A stretch of 64,000 nt of DNA, taken from a virus. Its lineage: Duplodnaviria; Caudoviricetes. The stretch is taken from the IMG/VR virus record IMGVR_UViG_3300047564_001818. The stretch is one strand, 5' to 3'. Below, in pieces: positions 60,401-64,000 of this stretch (positions are counted from its first letter, which is position 1; each line of letters begins with the position of its first letter). The notes beneath the pieces were generated by a model. The model searched no databases. It was not told where the DNA came from and saw only the letters and a list, made by a program, of their open reading frames with translations. Both the position numbers and the translations under genes were made by a program.

Positions 60401-60876
60401 ACACACTGCGTCAGTTGCGTAGAGGTACACTGGGCACAGGCACACCGGCAACACATCCTGCAGGTGAAAAGGTGTTTGACCAAAACGTAGGAAAAACTGT
60501 GCCTTACAAAGATCAAACACTGGTACAAAACTTTGTAGCCGACGGTGTAACAGACACATTTGCTGTTAGTTTTGGAGTAAACAACGCTAACGAAATAGAA
60601 GTATTTGTAAGTGGAGTTAGATTAAGAAAAGCAGCAATCACAGTGTTTGATCCTAATCTTGCTCTAGACAGCCCTGCAGGTGATGTAGAACAACCTGCAG
60701 AGTTTACAGTTGAAAACGGAAACGTTGTACTAGATACAGTGCCTGCCGATGAAGCTAAAATCACTGTTGTCAAAAAGATAGGTCAAACTTGGACTAGATT
60801 GGGCGAATCGCTGTCAACTGCGGAAAATAGCATAGCAAGATTCTTGCGTGCAGGCACAACTGAGCTACCAGAATAA
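45475..60876 (+). CDS. Giant 5133-aa baseplate/virion protein (gp7 position), multi-domain
   Basis: Uninterrupted 15.4-kb ORF coupled to gp6 (TAATG). It contains a cupredoxin-like NPTLKLYRGQTYRF module, CBM-like repeats, FG-GAP-like propeller repeats (FGASIA, FASSVDVS, FGYDIS, FGETL) and GSGY/GRGY Ig-like repeats. Confidence 0.85.
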   Translation: MAYNDNQNENPLPVPGNEKRSASDLIPKFFRTEANRKFLQGTIDQLIQPGVAEKLSGFVGRKTAKAFRSTDNYVGDVSSNRENYQFEPAAVIKDSLDNVTFYKDYNDYLGALNFFGANTSNHDRLNSQEYYAWDPHVDWDKFVNFREYYWLPNGPLSVPVRGQQRTIVSTYTVTTVVEDDNTAYIFNDGFVRNPTLKLYRGQTYRFEIDTPGHPIAFAISRTFTPGAAILTAGREGLRASGLFDGILYGNEYDQGDFIILPSSGSVTFEEDENVSTLYPDGIRKLGEDGEEVATVYIEKGTIEFTIPANAPDRLYYISKNNIDTSGLFRIYDVEENTFLDVVADILGKKTYRTADGIELSNGMKLEFTGDVAPAEYSNNSWYVEGVGDKIRLVKDIDLTIPAAYSQNKLVPFDADAFDILPFANASSFPAEKDYIVINRAAQDKNAWSRYNRWFHRTVVETSFLRNNLPVNIDEESRAKRPIIEFEAGLKLYNFGTEAKRDVDLVDVFTKDVFSTIEGQIGYNVDGIDFADGMRILFTADTDILVRGKIYQVNFIQIGNRRQISLVETADSEPLENETVFITQGNKYAGQTFYYNGTDWRLAQEKTQRNQPPMFDLCCPQGNEFADTNVFDSATFRGTKLFSYRQGTGTVDPELGFPLTYRNIENSGDILFDFNLLTDSFTVQTDSGIVTVTTDTANLRKYNNRIDFAWVNGWSSVASTSKQYVVRQYVADELVLNNFEIDVYDKAGNLNDLKVIVQVNNSLKVKLQDYEVDRTDARAFVRFYNNLNEGDVVVIKTRSATEKNANGYYEFPHNLERNPQNQDVTEFTLGEVIDHVDSMIEEINSFSGVFPGTSNLRDLGNVDAYGKKFVKHTGPINLPLYHLTTKDYNIFKALRYSRDEYAKFKRVFLETAETLGFDGETRIHVDKILADINKDKIKSQPFYFSDMIGYGPLNRIEYEVLDSRSIFYALSRTFSLSTVSSASVLIYLNGRQLIHSRDYTFNTDGYALISAGQQEGDIIEIVEYSTTDGSFIAPTPSKLGLFPKYEPELTIDDTYQTEEPSTTGPYKIYGEVDVGPILAGTRGWFYPVYTTRSAARAADQALGGTGVVESYQFKGLNRTLYMAVNAQNTRGGQDNIEIDAYPVGIPFVRGHDGSYIRAYLDYRDNLLIELENRIFNNIKVEWSEDITDIYSFLGGDFRTSEFSKTEIDRSLLTDFTQWLKLVDNDYTDNFFYDRLNEFTFNYSNANNPQGKLIPGFWRGVYKRAFDTDRPHSHPWEMIGFAIKPEWWNTVYGPAPYTSDNLIMWRDLEQGIVREPNKETVVRAKFTRPGLVNFIPVDDQGRLKSPLASSYVKNFVPRLSTGNFNFGDEAPVETAWRRSSQYPFAVITSLLLNKPAQTMGSGFDVSRISKNLAGQKVYAASSKPISNLDIVFPNTISDNQRILTAGFVNYIYNLVASDILAVYSDYQTQLTSLTNQLGFKLGGFTDTQKLNLILESRSPAATFEGGVFVPQENYKIVFNTSSPVDLAVYSGVAVEKVANGFVVRGYNNDAPFFEYYAPRTGTSGVSVTVGGISETASEWRSNTRYQEGQIIQNTNAFYRATATFTSGNTFDTDNLARLPVLPIVGGKTAEFKRTFENTQVRSIPYGTLLANSQAVVDFLLGYGARLEDIGFDFNFVENEGRVNNWDSAAREFLFWTTQGWASGTVITISPAANRFFFQRDYAVVDDIYDKFYNYSILQADGQSLPREFGSLLRDQNSFGLETVNTDEGLYSIALPLVQKEHVVLLDNRTIFNDIVYQPSTGYRRDRIKVAGYRSDNWNGGLNIPGFVYDEAITTEWTQWRDYAIGSLVKYKQFYYVATENVSGSKDFNSNFWFRLNEKPAPELITNFDYRINQFTDFYDLDTDGFDAELQRMAQHLTGYQKRQYLANIINDDVSQYKFYQGMIQDKGTKNALTKLFGKLSSAGEESLEFFEEWALQVGRFGAVDSVQQIEFNLKQDKMQESPQAIELVNSLPALNFDKIYRILPFEMYDKPADYNHKPFPIKPLDKEYIRSAGYVNEEDVSFIVGTTEELNTGDVNLLGLGEYVWVTEVGATPWDVYQHVATNARVIELEDNQETNSQGIPLMSLLLDKWAKDHVQPGDLVGVRSAQDNNLNSIYKVDSIDLEVVKIQVPADNEITPFGTANYILTKLRSVRANDLTGLAALAQEKLYNNQRVWVDDYNGDWAVLENTPVYVNRQTLSNLSDFDSTVQDFGASIAATPDNNNIFVAAPGDANGKIFFYRRTKETFNFNVDQEIVLDEPNLYTVTNSGFASSVDVSEDGEYLVVGLPDASGVKTRFKGNFDADVTYNKNEIVKYRDSLWKANRTILPQIATQSFSTFDTYVNIANSADVDSTSLTLLVAGDPGLEDNTVDHLLVRAPKDMYLGTKAGDTINLFWNRRSYAYPTLDVFLPFDGVIPQITPEFLQQDHEIIEKIDHVFFVETFVTLPSVGDIVTTDTGQAEVFYVSTKRDSAVLYLKNTNGTFDISGELFIQAVDFVGFYTEEDTYNTSDTIDGFWYIETPSYSNNGRYYDVGRGLVYADVRLQGSTRSLNAYYNVQDTIGVIGNYVLNRDRVSFVTQLAYRGDPAGADGVNGTEQNIPSDLWVVRAGKIFTDTLTAGDSFEFRMYDLDNRDLTNTLDLAGITGNYTVTNKTQTVYDLWDGYIDFEFTRFDFSGFPFEPQIGDIIEDVQTPRDGTGGLALTSITTSSAEVVYLQRNFNSVRVYVKVLSGTWAQQNNIGRYEIRRNANNSIRGPGDVDRVMGTVNSPNNDIVVGTAQVGKLIVFQNTVNFTDTRAWNAIPPVVDEEYFFFDETVESGIAREPNTPFSLNKDYTQVYHIPADEFGTAGPAGEGAVAIFRKLPDGRYRFKKLFVSEYGTANRGFGKTVKIKQVNNYYTLFVSSIGNGSRDHPGSVEIFRHGTKPSDSFRGEYKLTAYSQGDIVIYKDEYYVARKNVSETENRIQDPIYWNNISWRRGKDVNYRGDWDNSYGYATGSIVRYNSKFYQAQTNIAADEPFNTALWQELSELIDYVGYLPNLTGVNAYNEDVFDPVTNIAQFSNAFDVSRDAQVIVITAELVNASSTSETKVLVYRETGDKYLLDQIIDAPELQNTTDWARKISIRPSGTQFAISAPLDDVIKTNQGQVYVYNQVDGEFVLSQTLTPPNNEESEQFGYDISFGEDNLVVSSLNGDQRIPATFDSGATVFDNNFTNFRNIKLDTGVVYIFEELNNRLVYSEQFRYDSAQSEFGETLLANDNHVYVGVPSHASNETSKGIVVDYRKPKGVYAWNTLRSSVTPVDISRIEGIFLYNKRTNQIVSYIDYVDPIQGKIPGVVEQELTYKIGFDPAVYNVGDLTDTTVDPSRYWGAEHVGQTWWNINTARFAFPYQGSTAFQKNEWNRLMPAATIDIYEWVESDLLPSQWDQLADTDAGVDRAISGTSVYSDAKYSARLTYDDVGQTFSVKYYFWVQNKKTVPVSRDRLISTFEMANLVARPREQGYRFVSFLSENKFVVNNFENLVTSDDLVLNIRYSTGPQKEQNTHAQYLLMSDGLDRSRPDPDVERKWFDSLIGVDTNNRPVPDPNIPAAKRYGIQNRPRQGMFVNRIEALKQAIERVNLVISQNLIVDQYDIDRLFEKEPQPSTATKLYDLSVDTYADLRFVSTNKVTPARLRPVVLNGRLIRVDITESGRGYKVAPSIEIVGSGVNAEVELTINNLGQVIAAEVVNDGSGYDENTLVNVRRFTVLVNSDETLNGKWALYSWNNNTNSWFRSSLQDYDVSLYWNYVDWYAESYNQFTNIDYEVDGAYLLSSLDDLVGDIVKIKNVGSGGWLLLEKVASERTEDYTINYKTIGRQNGTIQFKDSLYDYSKNTVGFDNRSFDSWFYDNNPAKELRIILETLRDNILITDLAVEYNQLFFASLRYILAEQPRVDWMFKTSFVNVKHNLGALEQKINFENNKLPSYQAYVEEVKPYSTKIREFVSSYNSLDNTNSSVTDFDNAPYYDELTKRIEASRAVIRDGVLFGANSLANEYPRKHWADNIGYGVKEIRIANPGSGYTGEPKIRLESSEGTGATARAYLGYGRITKIEVTNPGQGYITTPRVVIEGPQNDTGVPALASAILGNGLVRTPSIRIKFDRTAGIYTFEDLAETETFTGSNVRSVFDLEWPMDLDNRKVKVYVNGTEQLRSQYSYKNVDYLPTAESLAKDFVYNNITSAAGPGTQKLVEGYSYQKGRITFARPPASGATITVEYYKPLSMLGAEDRIRFAYAPVAGMLGNDLAQLMSGVDYGGVEVRGFDFGGPSGWDSQGWYTDTWDTFDNTFEDEVFVADGSTITVELSQPLTNGVVYNLYKNGVRLDDPSYNNGTPTNPNAVTNSITGNGVTTVIDLDDLGIPLLDGDILIVRKVTSDGSVIPDPLSYDMALSGGDLAYQTARGVNPEEIVIDGDGFVTPTTSSGPEELVPGQVLDTLDIKVYTRESSGQGMIYSQSYIMNSAVTVYDLGVIPGNQNSVIVKLNNVILPADQYTIDWTNRTVEILNPINGAELNIVTVGLGTQNIMDYGFFTSVEGQTDYVTTVEWTDNANVYVTVNGVQQAVLVFRNSVNNRTAFRFDTPTAASDIIYWVVFDNSTEVNYSQIVKDSFTANGTDTQFELLTAPFYAQPNEHNILVKVGNSILNAGYNLQFTIPSTGDREYALETFQQPVGSLDVSEVKVFLNGIEITAPVQWRLDINNSSVILSDEVGVPGDLLEFYVIADGDYRISNKTVTLNTAPANGTVVEIYQFSNHDLLGIERINYDVVARTTLIPEDIQYVTYNRLTVGEITLRSPAVDAEYVWVAVNGELLTPSVDYYVTNDRTKLRLVRTPAANDVIDVIHFTTPVNVARFAYRQFKDMLNRTHFKRLDTAATALAQPLNYYDLRIELVDGTALAEPNKGQNMPGIVWINSERIEYFVKEGNTLRQLRRGTLGTGTPATHPAGEKVFDQNVGKTVPYKDQTLVQNFVADGVTDTFAVSFGVNNANEIEVFVSGVRLRKAAITVFDPNLALDSPAGDVEQPAEFTVENGNVVLDTVPADEAKITVVKKIGQTWTRLGESLSTAENSIARFLRAGTTELPE

Positions 60877-60879
60877 ATA
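60873..60879 (+). promoter_or_regulatory. Late promoter motif ATAAATA overlapping the stop of the giant gene
   Basis: gaATAAATAc; AGGA SD and ATG 60896 follow. Confidence 0.65.
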
Positions 60880-60895
60880 CAGTATAGGAAAAACA

Positions 60896-61498
60896 ATGAG
60901 CGGAAACATGCAAGATAACAATGGTGTAAGAGTACAAGGGCATATTAAAATATTTGATCCTGAAACAAATCACGTCTATATTGACAAAAGAAATGCTATT
61001 CATTATGAAAATATGAGTATTGCCCTTGCGGAAAGTTTAAGTAATGCTGGTCAAGGATTCATATATGAAATGAGCTTTGGAAACGGTGGAACTTCAGTTG
61101 ATCAAACAGGTGTTATAACCTATCTAACACCAAACTCAACTGGTACCAATGCCAGCTTGTACAATCAAACCTATACTAAGATTGTAGATGACCGCTCAGT
61201 AAACAACACAGATCCTGCTCGCAACAAAATAGAAACTCGGCATGTTAGTGGCACTAACTATACTGATATCCTTGTTAGCTGTTTGTTAGACTACGGTGAG
61301 CCTAACGGTCAACAAGCGTTTGACACTGCTACTAATACAGATGACGCATATGTGTTTGATGAGCTAGGACTACGCAGCTATAATCCAGACGGCACAGGTA
61401 GATTGCTTACTCATGTTATTTTCCATCCTGTACAAAAATCACTTAACCGTTTAATTCAGATTGATTATACAGTAAGAGTACAGAGTTTAGCAGGGTAA
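60896..61498 (+). CDS. Conserved baseplate structural protein (200 aa; start revised to ATG 60896)
   Basis: GHIKIFDP...DKRNAIHYENMS.ALA, FDELGL...LLTHVIFHPVQKSLNR.IQIDYTVR; promoter and SD support the shorter start. Confidence 0.75.
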   Translation: MSGNMQDNNGVRVQGHIKIFDPETNHVYIDKRNAIHYENMSIALAESLSNAGQGFIYEMSFGNGGTSVDQTGVITYLTPNSTGTNASLYNQTYTKIVDDRSVNNTDPARNKIETRHVSGTNYTDILVSCLLDYGEPNGQQAFDTATNTDDAYVFDELGLRSYNPDGTGRLLTHVIFHPVQKSLNRLIQIDYTVRVQSLAG

Positions 61499-61508
61499 GG
61501 AGTAGACT

Positions 61509-63563
61509 ATGCCATATGAGATTAGATACACTGACGCTGTTAACAAAGGCATTATAACCGTTGAAGATGGAACAGTCAACGATGAAACAAGTTTAACTTT
61601 TGTAGGACGTAACTACACAGGGTATGGGCAAGTTGTAGCTGAAAACTTTTTACATCTTTTAGAAAACTTTGCTAATTCAACTGCGCCTCTACGTCCAGTT
61701 GAAGGACAACTTTGGTATGATACCAGTGTAGGTGTTGATCAACTAAAAATATATGATGGTACTAATTGGGTAGCAGCAGGCGGCCTCAAAAAAGCTACAG
61801 CAGAACCGGCAGTAGCTAACTCTACAGCAGGCGATCTATGGGTAAACACAGAAAGTCAGCAGCTTTATTTGTTTACTGGAACAAGCTGGGTATTGGTAGG
61901 CCCTGAGTTTAGTGATGGCCTGCTTACTGGCACACAATCAGAAGCTATCGTAGGCACAGATGATGTTACCTACACAGTACTGAGCATTAAAATTCAAAAT
62001 CAAACAGCTATTATAGTCAGCGCACAGCCGTTTGTTCCCAAAACAGCAATACCTGGTTTTAGAAATGGTATTAATCCTGGTATGAACATCAGTGCCGAAG
62101 CACTGGTCGGATTAAACGTTTTAAAATATTGGGGAACTGCAGAAAAGGCAGAAAATTTAGTAGTAGCAGGCGAAACTGTATCTGCTAGTAACTTCTTAAG
62201 AGGCAATGCTAGTTCGTCAACTAACTTTGATCTAAGAATTAAAAATAATGAAGGTCTAAAAATAGGTACCGGCGGCCAACTGTCAATAGGCATAGACGGT
62301 GAAGCAGGTGTTATACAGCACAATACTAGTGGATCTAACATTGACTTTAGATTAAGAAGTGGTACAAGTACTCCTACTATATTAAGAATTGACGCTGCTG
62401 GTCTAGTTGGTGTTAACAATGCTGCTCCTGAAGAAGCACTTGATGTTAAAGGAAACGTTAAGATATCATCAAAAACAGGAGAACCGCAAACCGGCGTTTT
62501 AAGAGTTGAAAGCACTGTAAACAGCAGCAATATCAGTACAGGATCTATTGTTACTAACGGTGGTTTAGCTGTAGCTCTTAATGCTTACATAGGCGGAAAT
62601 CTTGATGTAGGCGGAGCTATTATATCAGAAAACATTGCTCCTGATCAAAATGTTACTAGAAACATTGGTACAACAAATCTACGCTACGATCAAGTGTATG
62701 CTCAAACATTTTTTGGAAATCTACAAGGAAATGTAAGTGGCACAGTTAGTGGCCGTGCAGGCTCGGCCGACAGATTAGCTAGTGCTACTACTTTTGGAGT
62801 TAGTGGCGATGTTGAAAATACCAGTTTTGCTTTTGATGGACAAATTGGCGGAACTACAAAAACATTTGATATAAGAATTTCTAACAGTTTTATTTCAAAT
62901 AAAGAAACAATATTTGATGCTAATAATGCAGATGAAATATTAATTAATAGAGTAGTTGGCGAAAGCGGTGTTTACAAAATTACTAAACGCAATTTCTTAA
63001 AAACAATTCCTCTTATACCTGCAGGCGTTTTTGTACCTTTTGGAGGAGAAACACCACCGTCAGGTTGGCTGCTCTGTGATGGTTCAGAAGTGTTGAAATC
63101 TGATTACACTTTGTTATGGGAAGCTATTAGACATAATTTTAAAGATCCTTTATTACTTAGTGACAGTGGTGTTAATACTTTTGCGTTACCCGATATGAGA
63201 GGACGTTTCCCCTTAGGACTCGATAATCTTGGTGGTCCTAGTGCAAACAGAGTTACCAATATTGCTGCTGATGTTATTGGTGGAAATGCAGGAACAGAAA
63301 CTAGTAGTATAGGCCTAAATAATTTACCAGAACACGAACACGATCTACGAGGTGATAGTGGAACACAGTACTATGGAATTAGAGCAGGATCGGGCGAACC
63401 TGTAGACGATAACGCTGTTACTCTAACTATTGAACCTGGATTGGGCGGCACACAAGGCATAGCATCAAGCGGCGGAATACAAACTACAGGATCACTAGGC
63501 GATCCATTAAACGTAATGAATCCGTACTTGGCTATTAATTATATTATCTATACTGGAACATAA
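61509..63563 (+). CDS. Baseplate wedge/short tail fibre protein with phage tail-collar domain (gp10/gp12-like)
   Basis: GRNY.GYG...AENFLHLLENFA N-terminus; IPAGVFVPFGG..PPSGWLLCDG...FALPDMRGRFPLG collar; MNPYLAINYIIYTG end. Confidence 0.8.
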   Translation: MPYEIRYTDAVNKGIITVEDGTVNDETSLTFVGRNYTGYGQVVAENFLHLLENFANSTAPLRPVEGQLWYDTSVGVDQLKIYDGTNWVAAGGLKKATAEPAVANSTAGDLWVNTESQQLYLFTGTSWVLVGPEFSDGLLTGTQSEAIVGTDDVTYTVLSIKIQNQTAIIVSAQPFVPKTAIPGFRNGINPGMNISAEALVGLNVLKYWGTAEKAENLVVAGETVSASNFLRGNASSSTNFDLRIKNNEGLKIGTGGQLSIGIDGEAGVIQHNTSGSNIDFRLRSGTSTPTILRIDAAGLVGVNNAAPEEALDVKGNVKISSKTGEPQTGVLRVESTVNSSNISTGSIVTNGGLAVALNAYIGGNLDVGGAIISENIAPDQNVTRNIGTTNLRYDQVYAQTFFGNLQGNVSGTVSGRAGSADRLASATTFGVSGDVENTSFAFDGQIGGTTKTFDIRISNSFISNKETIFDANNADEILINRVVGESGVYKITKRNFLKTIPLIPAGVFVPFGGETPPSGWLLCDGSEVLKSDYTLLWEAIRHNFKDPLLLSDSGVNTFALPDMRGRFPLGLDNLGGPSANRVTNIAADVIGGNAGTETSSIGLNNLPEHEHDLRGDSGTQYYGIRAGSGEPVDDNAVTLTIEPGLGGTQGIASSGGIQTTGSLGDPLNVMNPYLAINYIIYTGT

Positions 63564-63565
63564 CA

Positions 63566-64000
63566 ATGAGTTATCAACTAAACAAGACTGACGGAACACT
63601 GTTAACTGATTTGATCGATGGACAGATCGATACCAACAGCACTAATCTTGTGTTAGTTGGTAGAAACTATTCTGGCTATGGCGAGTTTTTTAATGAAAAT
63701 TTTATAAAATTACTAGAGAATTTTGCCAACACCGCAGCACCGAGCAATCCTTTATCTGGACAGTTATGGTGGGATACTAGTGAACAACGACTAAAAGTGT
63801 TTGACGGTAATGTATGGAAAGCCAGCGGCGGCCCATTTGTACAAAATACTCGTCCTCAAATGGTTGCTGGTGATCTTTGGATTGACAATTTAAGAAATCA
63901 ATTGTATGCGTTTGACGGAACAGACTTAATACTGGTAGGTCCGCAGTATACTCAGCAACAAGGGATAAGCGGGTTTCAAATAGGTAGTTTACTAGACGAA
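63566..64000 (+). CDS. Paralogous baseplate/fibre protein (runs off the right edge)
   Basis: Manual translation MSYQLNKTDGTLLTDLIDGQIDTNSTNLVLVGRNYSGYGEFFNENFIKLLENFA...; parallels the N-terminus of 61509-63563. Confidence 0.85.
   Translation, partial: MSYQLNKTDGTLLTDLIDGQIDTNSTNLVLVGRNYSGYGEFFNENFIKLLENFANTAAPSNPLSGQLWWDTSEQRLKVFDGNVWKASGGPFVQNTRPQMVAGDLWIDNLRNQLYAFDGTDLILVGPQYTQQQGISGFQIGSLLDE

Noticed and set aside
60848-60895. ORF-track start at GTG 60848 for the 216-aa ORF
   Set aside because: Overlaps the giant gene; the late promoter (60873) and AGGA SD point to ATG 60896.
325-62530. Numerous 60-180 aa ORFs antisense to or nested in large genes (e.g. 325-684, 11470-11742, 24034-24345, 38326-38754, 62000-62530)
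   Set aside because: Fully overlap well-supported genes on the opposite strand or frame, and have no recognisable motifs.
1-64000. Alternative genetic code (stop-codon reassignment), as seen in some large phages
   Set aside because: Genes are full length and densely packed in code 11, including a 5133-codon ORF; TAA, TAG and TGA all serve as stops.

Overview
This 64-kb window is part of the morphogenesis region of a large T4-like myovirus (Caudoviricetes), read in the standard genetic code. Family assignments come from motif recognition and synteny only; no database search was run. The compact gp23, the giant baseplate protein and the gene order recall the Rak2/GAP32/PBECO4-type large phages and their environmental relatives (from memory, unverified). 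Layout: (1) 1-16838 (-), a cluster of paralogous fibre/appendage proteins with carbohydrate-binding-like repeats, beta-helix and LamG domains; (2) 16991-23677 (-), head genes gp23, gp22, gp21, an acidic core protein, a glycosyltransferase-like gene and portal gp20; (3) 23691-27376, tape measure plus a divergent gp26-like/gp51-like pair; (4) 27373-33180 (-), gp55-like late sigma, gp47, gp46, a GIY-YIG nuclease, a small basic ORF and a ~500-nt non-coding region packed with stems; (5) 33263-64000 (+), baseplate genes including a lysozyme, a gp5-like spike carrying an M15 peptidase, gp25, gp6, a 5133-aa protein and tail-collar fibres. An (A)TAAATA late-promoter motif precedes most structural units. 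The strongest findings are: a textbook -1 ribosomal frameshift signal (T TTT TTC, 5-nt spacer, 12-bp hairpin) that would fuse the gp26-like and gp51-like ORFs; the structured ~500-nt element downstream of the GIY-YIG nuclease (candidate large ncRNA or origin); and several structured 5' leaders, including a pseudoknot that overlaps a Shine-Dalgarno site.
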